From positions 10,292,001-10,356,000 of the forward strand of contig JBHGNT010000017.1 in the NCBI GenBank assembly GCA_043228905.1: a DNA stretch of 64,000 nucleotides, written 5' to 3'. The first letter of the stretch is position 1; the number at the start of each line of letters is the position of its first letter. This DNA is from Azolla caroliniana (taxonomy: Eukaryota > Plantae > Polypodiophyta). Made by a program: the position numbers and the translations under genes. This document shows, one piece after another, positions 52,601 to 64,000 of this stretch. The notes beneath the pieces were generated by a model that was given only the letters and a program-made list of their open reading frames with translations, did no database searches and was not told the DNA's origin.

Positions 52601-53964
52601 AGGATGTGCGGGTTCAGAGGGGGCAAGTGTCGTAATGTGAATCACACACTATGTGAAATATGTAAAATACTATATCTAATTTAAAGTACGCATAATAAAT
52701 AAAATAAAATATTAAAATTATTTATTACATGCATAGGGCAAGATTCAAACCCTGTACCTCCATGTAGACAAACCCCAACCTTACCATTAAACTAACTTAT
52801 CCTTAATGTTTTAAATATAGATTTAATACCTATAAGACCTTTATTTACGCCTACCTGTATTAAAAAGGTAAGTCATGCATTTTTAGAGTACGTGAATACT
52901 TTATTTATAAGAAAAGTGTAAACCAATAAAATATTGCTCATGCACATCTAGCGTGCATGAACACTATATTTAGCAAATAAAAGCAAGGTTAAAAAAAAAA
53001 GCATCACATGCACATTTAGTGTGCACGAACACTTTTAGGGAAAGTAGGAAGCCATGCTTAGCCTCTCCCATCCTTATATAAGGAGGAGAGAAATATGTAT
53101 AAGGTTGTTGATTATTTACAAGGGTTGATTAATATAATATATTCGTGGGATTCACGAATTTGCTAACTATTTTTCTCTCTTAATCTGAGTACTCACTAAT
53201 ACACTATACTCGTGGGATTCACGAGTTTTTTTCATATCTTTCTTTCTTACAATATATTTCATATTCTTAATTGCCTTAGAATTTTCTTTTCTCCTAGTCC
53301 AAAACCTTAGTGGTTCCCGCCCGACTCACGCAACGATCCGGAGCCGAAAGGCACGTCACCATATCGTGGCAATCGAGGTTGCAGAAGTTCGTTGCACTAT
53401 CGACAACGAAAGCGGAGTACATGGCGGTCGTAGAAGCCGGTAAAGAGGTAATCTGGATGAAGGACTTCATCGGAGAGCTAGGGATCTGACTGGAGGAATT
53501 CCGGCTCTACTATGACAGTCAAAGTGCCATCCACCTTGCAAAGAACGTGGCGTACCACTCCAGGACAAAGAACATCTAGTGTAGATACCACTAGCTCCGG
53601 GAGAGTAGAAGATCAGGACTTCGCGCTGTTGAAGATCCACATGGAGGAGAACGGGTCAGACATGCTGACCAAAGTGTTGTTAGCCAACAAGCTTGCCGTG
53701 TGCAAGAGACGGATCGTATTGGCAAGACATCCCATGCCGGAGTGAAGGGGGAGCTTGTTAGGAATTTAGTCTCTCCAGATGGGATTCAGATGAGATCTGG
53801 AAACTGGATCGGATGGATCTGGTATGAACCGGATCCAGGGACATATCTGTAAATATGTGGTTGACATATTTGTAAATAGCCCTAAAGTCATATAAGTATA
53901 AATATGACTTAAGGCAATCACTTTGGTTGTCATTATTACTATTGTATAGACACACACAGAGAGC

Positions 53965-54020
<56 letters not shown>

Positions 54021-54733
54021 TACAGAAAGTTTTTTTGTTTTAACTGATGGCTGGCGAAGACATAGGTCTTGAGGTCATTGCCTCTGAGTCTCACATTGTA
54101 TCATCTTCTTATAGTGATAGTTGGGGTCTGTGGGCTCCCGTGGTTTTTCCGTATTAGGGTTTTCCACGTTAACATCATGTGTCCTTTTTTGTTGTCTGTG
54201 TAAGTGTATTAATATCCTTTTCTTTTTTTCTTCCATAGAGTGTTTAAGGCTCGGTCGTGGTCGAGCACAATTTTCGCACAAGGGGCCAATGGGTCGAGGG
54301 GCGCCAACACCGTGACAACAAGGGAGATGATAAGGGCCGAAGGAGCAGACAAGCCAACCAAGAAGGTCGAGGTGCACAGAACCGGACACATCAGGAAAAG
54401 TAGGACCGGACCGGACGAGGAGCGGGAGCCAAGCGGGAGGACGTCAGGGGGAACCGGAGGAGAGGACCGGCTACCACAGATATAGACACGGCAATCCGAC
54501 CTCAAGTTGAGCTTGAGGGCAGCGTTGAGCTGACAAGCTCAACCGGATCCGGATCGGTTGAATAAGCCAGAGCCGGATTGGTATCTGGATTGAAGAACTG
54601 TATCGGTGTCCGGAACCAGGAGCCAGGTCGGAGTGCTGGATTGTAATCCAGATCGGATTGTAAATGGTAGGAAGTTAGAGGCCTACGAATCTAGCCTAAT
54701 ACGTAGGCATATTTTTAGGAGTCAGTGTCAGTA

Positions 54734-57670
54734 CACAACAACAAAATAGGACATTAGCGATGGAAAAACATGTTGCTAATTGTGTTACTTTCATACTATT
54801 GCGTTGCACTAAGATGTTATTTACACATCATCACATGATGTTTCTTGACACATCACATAATGACATTGTCACAAAGTTACACGCATTCTTGTGAAACTTG
54901 AACAAGACCACCATGGAACTCAACTAGAGAGGATGGTTGGGTTGAGATGTTGCTATCGGAGTGCTCAAAGATGTGGATTTCCACACTCATTTTTCTTTCG
55001 AAGAGTTGAATTTCACTTTTCCGAAATTCTTATGCATGTGTAGAACTTTCGTGTACATATTTGTGTGAGTATTATGTTATATATATGTATATGTTTGTAA
55101 CTAAGTAGAGAAGTGTGTATATGTATTTGTAGGATTAGATGTGCAAGTATGCTAATGTGTGTGGATGAATGTTTAAAGTTTGTTATAAGGCTTTCAATAT
55201 ACATATGTGCGTATTTGAATGTTGGAAGGGGCAATGGGTATTTAGGAAAACTAGCCTTGTCCTCTTCTCTTGGATTGTGGGATAGATAGTTTTTTTAAGT
55301 TTGAATGGGAAACAAAGGAACTAAGAGGAAAAGGGAAGAGAGAAGACATTAGAGGTAGAGAAGGTTCCATGAGGAGAAAGTTCGAGGTGAAGGTTCAAGA
55401 TGGAGAAGGTTGGAGGAGGTGACAGATGGAGGAAGTAAAGACTCTAGGAAGTGAAGTTTTGAAGTGGAGAAGGTTCGAGGAGGAGGAGAAGGTTCGAGGA
55501 GATGGAGATGGAAAAGGTTAAAGGAGGAGAAAAAGGTTCCAATTTATCACTCGGTGGTCGGAATCACAACCTGAAATATCCAACACAAACCTCCCAATAA
55601 ATTCTTCACTTCGACAGTATGAGTTTATCAATGTGGTGATTTGAGAACTTGTCTTTTTGCCAAATTGTGAAAATTTATGTTCCAAGCTCAGATTTCGAAG
55701 CCAAAAAGAAGAATAAATCAAAGGATTAATTTGAATGATATACAACATGATTATCTCAACTCTCTCACATGGAGTGGCTTACAAGGAGTAGATAGATAAA
55801 GAAGTTAGAGATGTAGGATTTGCGAGAAGAGTTTTAGAGAGATATCCTTGAGATTTTGTTTAGAGGACCATCGAGACGACTTCATTGCCTCTTGTCATCG
55901 TTGATCTCTAATGCCCTGCCCTATTCATTCACTACACCAAACTCTTTTCTTGCAATGAGCTCTCCCCTCATTTTTATAGGCCTTGGGAGCACCTCATGCT
56001 AATAAAAGTAGTATATATATTTTTATAGTATGCATAATGCACCTTGCTAATAATTACTGTCTTTTATAGTATGCACCTCACTTTTTCACCTTGCATACAC
56101 TCCTTTTTCTTGAGCACCGAGTGTGAGTAAAATGTCGTTCACCATGTCGTCCATTCGCATTCCACTTGTTCATCCAATTTATGTTACGTTTGCTTGACCT
56201 TTTGTGGTTCAAATAAAACTTGAACTCCTAAACTATGCATTTTTGTTGTTTTAACTTGATCTCATTTTGTATCCTTATGGTCATAGATTTTCCCTATCCT
56301 TCAATCTAATATATATACATATATATATAGTTTTAAGCCATTTCCTCATGTGCACTCGTCACATCATGACAATTCCTTGGAATGGTCCAAACATATATAC
56401 ATATATAATATGAAATTTCTCTTGTCATTGAAGCTCTTTGTCTATACCTAGCTCATGTTCACACTCTCGCTCTCTGAAACTCCCTATAGACATAATTTCC
56501 AACTCTCCATCGACTTGTGTTCTCGTTCACAATGAAAATGTTGGGAAGACAACTAAATTTGGTCAAATAAATTTTTTATTAGTAAGTATCACGAATTAAA
56601 TATAGACACAGTGTCCATATATTTGCAATTATCGAATTATAAACAAAATTGAGATGATGTGATAATTCGTCATCACTACCAGAAGAGGAATTATCATTCT
56701 CTCCTCTTGAGTATTCAGTTGGATCATCGATTGGATTTAGAACACCGGTTGACCTCAACAACGTATTCGGTTCCATGAACTTCTTGAACATATAGGTGTA
56801 CGAGTCAAAATTTTTATGAGAGAATGAAATGCTAGTTAATTAGGGCTTTATAAAATTAAGCGTTTTGTAAAATGGGTGATAGATGGTTGTAAATTTTTAC
56901 AACCTTTATATTTTTGCTCATCCATCTTAGGTGAGTGCCCATAATATTTCATCTAGAAAAATAAAACACTTGCATTACGACTACTTAAATATTGTATGCT
57001 TTCTAAAGAAAAATCTCAGAACACATATTTACACTTACGAAATGGGCCTTCAACCCTTTTATGCTACCTCTTGCCAAGTGGGAAGCATGGCTTGTGTGTA
57101 TAGGAATCACAATGGCTTCCTATTTTAGGACACAAACTCACCCGAATTAGTGATACAAAGAATCTAACATCTAATTATATAGAAGAAACTAAACCAACAT
57201 GATAAATAATTGAGGAGAAATACATTTTGCTGTGGGGATTGCACATTTAAACACACTTCTTTACGAAAATGTGGCTTGATGGCCTTGTCCATAGCCGGTG
57301 GCCTCATGACACCTTTTCCCGATTTGCAATCCTCTTGTTATTCATGTGAAAACCTATTCTAGATTGGCTCTAATTAATTCTTTTTATCTTATGTAAAATA
57401 ATAATTCAAATTCAAGTGCATGAGCACCATCTCCACGTCATTGTCATATACTACCCCCCGTTCTTGAGGTTCCAACGCATGAAATTATTGAGGATAGATG
57501 CATCACACTCAAATGCTTGAATGATACAACATTTCCTAGAAGAGAGGATAATATGTCAGTGTTCTTTATGTCAAAGCATGATCACTTGGTCATGAATCCC
57601 AGTTCGTGTCATGACTATCAAAATGGACAGGATCTAAATGCACCACCATCACATTGACTCAGAGGGTTGG
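54734..57670. mobile_element. Possible decayed CACTA element; left terminus seen, extent uncertain
   Basis: CACAACAACAAAATAGGACATTAGCGA resembles a CACTA TIR and subterminal start, and truncates the B2 LTR at that point; no partner TIR found. Confidence 0.35.
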
Positions 57671-57672
57671 TC

Positions 57673-58740
57673 TGTTAGAATCTAAATTATCGTTAAAGGA
57701 AATTAAAGATGGAAAATAAGGAAGAAAGGGTGCCAATCTGCCCCACCATCCCCTAGTGAAGGGGAGAAACAATTTAAAGCTACAACTCTACCGCATTGTT
57801 AGAGTCTCTATCTCAAAACAATAAAGAAAAGAGAACCCCCTTCATGAAGATAGTTAGCCTTCTTATGTAGGCAGAAACCCTAGGCCCTTGCAAGGTGATG
57901 AAACACTCTCTTTATGACCCATTCATGGAATGAACACATAATAACTCGAGAGAGTCTTCGCGAGCATATTCGGATACACCTGCTTGTTTAAATGCATCTC
58001 AATCCAAACTATGCAATGTTAATACTTCATGAATTCTACAACTCTTAACTCTACGTTTGCTAATTTGACTATATAATATCATGTGGTAAGATTGTACCGT
58101 TGTATTCTATACATGTGGATAAAGTGTGAGGGTAGGTTAATCGAAAGTGTAAAGAAGGGAGGATTACATTTAATCGTAGGGATTGAGACAACCCATTAAG
58201 GCCAAGTGCGAACTTGACTGGGGGCCTTAGGTCTGGCTATAAATATGAGGCCTAGCTACCCTCATTTGAACATTATCGACTACGTCGAGTATTAGAGATA
58301 TGATCTAATGTAAGCGTATGATAAGGAGAAAAGAATGATAGATAACAAGGAGAGAGAGAAAGAAGGGTGCCGATCCACCCGACCACCCCCGAGCGAAGGG
58401 ATCGAGACGGACTTGGGCCTTGATCGGCGTCCCATACCACCACCGTGGCGTCGAGTCGTACCTGGTGCTGGCGCGCTCACTACACAAGAGTTGAACCACC
58501 ACGAAACGGAGTCTCGATGTAGTCAAAAGATGATGAAATGAGGGTAGCTAGGCCTCTTATTTATAGCGATACCGAAGGCCCCCAGGCAAGTTCACACTTG
58601 GCCTAATGGGTTGTCTCAATCCCGAGGATTAAAAGTAATCCTCCCCTTCTTTACACTCTCGTTTAACCCTCACACTTATCCACGTGTATAGAATACTATG
58701 GTAAATTCTCACCACGGGATATTATATGGTCATGCCCGTT
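57673..58740. repeat. Family C LTR cluster: diverged minus-strand LTR piece, plus-strand partial LTR (about 58075-58289), minus-strand LTR (58290-58740)
   Basis: Homology to 16997-17451 in both orientations. Confidence 0.8.
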
Positions 58741-61205
58741 CCATCTGTCCATCAGATTGAGGATGATCCATGGAGCTCATGGTCAACAAAGTTTCTAACT
58801 TCTTAAAGACTTGCATCCAGAAGTCACTAGTAAAATTTGGATCTCGATCACTCACAATATCCATCGGTAACCCATAAAAACGAAATAACTCGTCAACGAA
58901 TTGGTAAGCCAATTCAGGAGTTGTTATCGTGGTTTTAGTAGCAATAAATCTGGCCATTTTAGCTAGTCTATAAACCACAACCCAGATGGCATCATGGCCT
59001 TTTTGGGTGTGAGGAAGGCTAACAATAAAATCCATGGATATACTTTCCCACTTATTATTGGGAATGTCCAAGGGATGTAAAAGTCCTGCGGTTCTAAGCC
59101 GCTCGGCTTTGTTAACCTAACATTGGTGACATTTAGTCACATAGCTATGTATGTCAGGATGCATCTTAGGCCAATAGAATTGAGTGGAGATGAGAACGAG
59201 TGTACGATGTATTCAAGGATGCCCTACTGAGGGTGCATCATGGCATTAAAAAAGAATTCTCTTTTTGACCTCATGCAATTCTGGAACACAGACCTTCCCA
59301 TTACGGTAGAGCAGACCGTTAGCAAAGTGGAAGTATTCCTTCGAGGATGTGGTGGTGTCTGTTCCAGACTCAACTCTTGCCCAGTATTTCGCAAAATAAC
59401 TGTCATCAGGATACTTTCCTCAAAAGTGATCATAAAGATCTGATGTTATTTCAATGAAGCTAAGCATGTTAACTTCACGGATGCGACTTAGTGCATCAGC
59501 GACAATGTTCATGGAATCTTTACGATATCGTATGGAAAAATCAAAATCCTGGATAAGATCAACCCATCGAGCCTTATGACCTTTCAGGTCTTGTTGGTCA
59601 CAAAAATATTTCAAGGACTTGTGGTTCATAGTTACCACAAAGCGATTTCCATAAAGATAATGGTGCCATGTTTTGAGCACATGTATAACTGTAAATAATT
59701 CATTTTCTTGAACGGTATACCGACATTGAGCAGAATCAAGTTTCGTACTCTCGAATGCTATTGGTTTACCATCTTGATATAAGATAGCACCTATAGCATA
59801 ATCGCTTGCATCGGTTTCAACCTCAAAAGGTTTTGAAGGATCGGGTAAAAGAAGTGAAGGAGCCTTGCACACTAGGTCCTTGAGTTCCTTAAAGACGAGG
59901 TCTAGTGTAGCATTCCACACAATAGCTTTTGTAGACTTACACGTTTGACCTTTTAGAAGATCAGTAAACGACGTTGTGAATTGGGAGTAATTACGAAGGG
60001 ATTTTTGCAAAAACTCGACAAAACCAAGGAATGATCGAACTTCTCGAATATTCTGAAGAGTGGGCCAAAGCTTGATTTTCTTGATGCGAGAATGATCAAT
60101 TTCAACTCCTCGTTTGGTTATGAGATGTCCAAGATAAGTAATTGATTTTTTCAAGAACTCGCATTTTGAGATCTTCGCATAAAACTGTTTGTCACGCATT
60201 TTGAGATCTTCGCATGTTCTTGTAATGTACAACTATAGACTAAAATATCATCCAAGAAAATAACGACAAATTTTCCAAGTTGTTCTCGGAAAATGTCATT
60301 CATTTCTTGTTGAAATGTAGCCGGAGCATCGGTCAAATAAAAAGGCATAACCAAAAACTCATAGCGGCCAAAGCACGTACGAAATGCCGGTTTAGGTACA
60401 TCGTCCTCACTTATACAAATTTGATGGTAGCCAATATGGAGATCAAGTTTCGTAAAATACCGAGCTCCCTGGAGACAGTCAATTAGATCATCAACCTGGG
60501 GCAATGGATACGAATTCTTGATCGTTACTTTATTCAAGCGTCGGTAATTAATACACATACGCCATGTGCCCTCTTTCTTTTTAACCAAGAGAACTGGTGC
60601 ACCCCATGGAGATTTACTATAACGTATATAACCCATTCGTAATAGTCATTGAGTTGCTTAGATACCTCATCCTCTTCGGATTGACTTAAGTGATAATGAG
60701 GTATACTTATTGGTGCAACGCCAGGCACAATATATATACGATGGTCTATATTATGTTTAGGAGGTAACCCATATGGTAGTTCACTTTGAAAAACATCACG
60801 AAAATCATTTAAGATTTCATGAAGTTGTTATTCAAAATATGTTAATTGAACTGAGACATTATTGATATTGTAAACGTGAATGTCCAGATCAAGTACACAA
60901 TAAAATAGAGTAGAACAAGACAACTCAGATATTGATGGAGAGGAAACAATCGAGAGGGATTGTTTTTTTACACATTGAAGAAAATGAGTACAATCGTTCA
61001 GTACAAAAGTTATTGAATGATGAACCCAATCAATAGATAAAGAAGAGTTTTTATTATAGAACCAAGGATAACCCAGTATTACATCAGTGGTACAAAGATT
61101 CATTACATGGAAGTCTACTTCCTCTATATAACTATCAATAGAAAATCCTAATGAATGAATCGCTCCGTTGATGTATTGTACTCTTCTATCAGCCAAGCGC
61201 ATCGT
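58740..61205 (-). pseudogene. Chromovirus family C pol: PR end, RT, RH and INT N-half
   Basis: Motifs [41 protein letters not shown]; INT fused directly to the LTR. Confidence 0.9.
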
Positions 61206-61392
61206 TGTCGTGCCTTTCGGCACCAGATCGTTGCGTGGGTCAGGTGGGAACCGCTGGGGTTTTGGACTAGGAGGAGGAAGAATTTGAGACGATTCTAATT
61301 ATGAATAGATTATTAGAAACTTGTGAATCCCACAAGTAAAATGTATTTTATTGATTAATATTTATGTAAGAATATGTATTTAGATTGATAGA
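61206..61392 (-). repeat. U5 end of a family F-like LTR
   Basis: Reverse complement of ...CTAGTCCAAAACC...CCGAAAGGCACGACA. Confidence 0.8.
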
Positions 61393-62016
61393 TGTTGAGA
61401 GACAAGCTCAACATCGACCGGATCGGCTGAGCAAGCTGAGGATTGGATCGGTTGGAACCGATCGGTTAGGCCGTACCGGTGCGTAAAATGGATGCGTAAT
61501 CTGGTACGCAAACCGGTGCGTAACGAAAGGCCGTATCGGTGCGTAAACCGAAAGGCCGTTAGAGAGATATTACTCGTAAAGGAATAATTTTGGGAGTGAG
61601 TGTCGAGGCTCACTTATGAATAGTCAAGTACTGTCAGTACTTGTGTCAGCCCGATTGTCAGGGCTTGTATAAAAGTGCTCACTGAGCACATCCTATGCAC
61701 AGAGTTAGTATTTTTTGAATTGTTTTCTTTTTCCATTCTCTCTCTGTCTCTCCCGCGTATTGTGTATATTCAAGCTCTCCATTAAACCTGTGTATTTTCT
61801 CTGTGTTCGTTTGCTATTGCTTCCGCACATAATCTTTCACATGGTATCAGAGCGCGAGGGTTGAGAACCTCTGCAGCCGACATAGCTTGAAAAGAAAAAC
61901 CAACCGACAAGAACAGGTAAAACCGATGGATAGAGGCATGGCTAGCTCGCTTCCGAAGAAGAAGCTCGATAGAAACAACTACGCATCTTGGTCCTACAAG
62001 ATGCACCAGTACCTGC
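61393..62016 (+). mobile_element. Copia B3: 5' LTR (61393-61841), PBS and gag start
   Basis: TGTTGAG...CACA; TGGTATCAGAGC at 61842; MDRGMASSLP as in B2. Confidence 0.9.
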
Positions 62017-64000
62017 TGTTAGGAAACAGGTCCCTCCGGATGGAAGTAAAAAGAACCGGATGACGAGTAACCCGGCAACAGTCGGATGGTGAAGACCCGG
62101 TGAGAACCGGATGACGTGTGCCCAGCAAGCGTCGGATGATGCAGGCCCGGTGAGGAGTGCTCACCGGATGAAGGGACATATTCGTAAATATGTTTCTGAG
62201 AGTCCATCGGGGCTATATTTGTAAATACCCGAAAAGTCATATTAGTATAAATATGACTTAGGGCAAACTTAGTAGAGGGGTTGTTGTCATTCTTGTTGGG
62301 ACAAGATTAGAGCGCAACAGTGTACAAAGAGAGAGAGAAAGAGACGAAGAGTTCGTATCTCTGTTGTAACCGCCGCCTGTGGTGAAGATAGCAAGCTCGA
62401 GGTCGTTGCCTCGGTGCTCCACTATTGTACATTCTTATATAGTGATAGTTTGAAGTCTTCGGGCTGCCGTGGTTTTTCCCCTAGTTTGGGTTTTCCACGT
62501 TAACATCCTGTGTACTCTTCTCTCCATTGTGTCGTGCGTTTCATTACCCGTTTTCTGTGTTTTGATTCTAGGCTCGGTTGTGGCCGAGTGTTGTTCATAG
62601 GGAGCGTGTAGTTCCTGTCAAAGTGGTATCAGAGCAAAACGACACAGAAAATGGACGAATCGTTGGGAGGCATGTTCAAGCTCACCGGCTCCAACTATTC
62701 GGTGTGGAAGTCGAAGATGAGGGAGGGACATGCTCGTGGTTAAAGATCTTTGGCTGCCGGTTCAGTTCGGGGACAAGAGACCGGAGAAAATCGACGCCAC
62801 GATATGGGAGGTGATGCACATGAAGACAACGGCGTACATATGGTGCTTCATCGACATGAGTCTATACAACAACTTCAATGAAGAGAGCAAGGCTCATGAG
62901 CTCTGGGAGAAGATTGGCATTATGTTTCAAAACAAAAATGCTGTTAATCAGGTTTCGGTATTTCGGAAGCTAGTAAGACTCCGGTACCAAGATGGATCCA
63001 ACATAGCGGACCACATGAATGCCTTCCAGGGGCTGATCCACCAGATAACATCATTGGAAGTACCTCTTGCCGATGAGGTACTAGCGCTACTCCTGCTCGG
63101 TTCCCTCCCAGATAGCTGGGAGACGTTGGTTGTCACTTTAGGCAACGCCAGGCTGGAAGGGAAACGGTTATCCCTAGCAAGAGTGAAGTCGAGCTTGCTA
63201 GATGAGGAGGCGCGTCGGAAAGATAAGGATACGAGGTCCGACTCCAAAGCGCTCCTTACCGAATCAGAACGCGGAAGACAAAGGAACTGTAGCCCCCAAA
63301 ACCGGGAAAAGTCGGGGACACGGTCAAAGTCAAGGGGGAGGCCTACTTGCTTCTATTGCGGCAAGTCGGGACACTTCCAGAAGAACTGTCGGCACTTCCG
63401 AAAAGACAAGGAAACCAATGGTACCGATTCGAAGCGGACACCGGACTAGAACGGTAAAGACCGGAGGGGGCAGACCGGAAGGGAACGACGGAAATTGCGG
63501 CAAGTGAAGAAGAGTTGATGCTCATCACCGAGGAGAGTGAGCTAAACCTTGCCGGCGACGGAGCGTCGTTCCACCTTACCCCGAACCGGAAATGCTTCTC
63601 ATCCTACTCAACCGGTGATCACGGTTGTGTCCAGATGGGGAATGAAGGTACATGCCGAATTATCGGCATAGGAGATGTGTGGTTGACAACGTCAACCGGA
63701 TGCAAGCTGATGCTGAAGGATTTCCGACACGTTCCGGAGGTTCGTCTGAACCTGATATCAACCGGTCGGCTAGATGATGAAGGCTACACAGGTAGCATCC
63801 AGAACGGTGTTATGAACTTCAGCAAAGGGAGCCTGATTGTGGCTCGGGCCCGGAAGGTCAACACTCTGTACCTCATGAATGCCCGGTTATGCCTGGAAAA
63901 AGTGAACGTGGCATCCAACACTGCCGGTGAGTTGTGGCACAAGAGGCTGTGTCACATGAGCGAGAAGGGGATGAAGAGGGTTGTAGATGACAACCTCATT
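62017..64000 (+). mobile_element. Copia A3: 5' LTR (62017-62620), PBS, gag-PR-INT running off the window
   Basis: PBS 62624-62635; gag closely similar to A1 and A2. Confidence 0.93.

Larger units (their letters stand above)
46367..53358 (+). mobile_element. Full-length non-chromovirus Ty3/gypsy F, tRNA-Trp-primed, degenerate
   Basis: LTRs 46367-47077 and 52628-53358; PPT GAGGGGGCAAG; 4-bp TSD CCGT/CCAT; gag-PR (LIDHGSEIN), RT (FLDD), RH, INT; no chromodomain seen. Confidence 0.93.
44592..54280 (+). mobile_element. Copia element H (A-related), internally deleted, containing nested gypsy F
   Basis: Truncated 5' LTR 44592 to about 44785 joined to INT (YRVWD); RT/RH; 3' LTR 53756-54280; near-TSD AGGAG/AGGGG. 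Confidence 0.88.
33314..54732 (+). mobile_element. Old copia element B2 expanded to about 21 kb by nested insertions
   Basis: 5' LTR 33314-33776 with PBS; gag 33873-34237; linker 35723-35877; RT/RH 41241-41847 and 43134 to about 44590; tail 54281-54522; truncated 3' LTR 54523-54732 homologous to the 5' LTR. Confidence 0.82.

Overview
Plant nuclear, repeat-dense DNA. The element mix suggests a non-seed plant such as a fern or lycophyte (inference). About 80% of the window is nested LTR retrotransposons: several Ty1/copia families with tRNA-iMet PBS, self-priming Tcn1-like chromoviruses, a second chromovirus family, and a tRNA-Trp-primed non-chromovirus Ty3/gypsy. There are also hAT remnants and possible CACTA/MULE remnants. 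One host gene lies in a microsatellite-rich island: a two-exon WW-domain, CFL1-like gene (29398-28489, minus). The most unusual signals are: (1) a 1.3-kb insertion at 41848-43133 carrying a type I hammerhead ribozyme and telomere-like repeats, arranged as in endonuclease-less Penelope-like elements; (2) a chromovirus 5' LTR that preserves the junction expected from a self-primed strong-stop cDNA; (3) antisense tRNA-like A/B-box modules in the U3 of three different gypsy LTRs; (4) a candidate -1 frameshift placed after the protease in the Trp-primed gypsy; (5) a young copia element with a swapped Gag capsid module. Family letters (A-H) are my own labels. Lineage names come from motif recognition, not from a database search.
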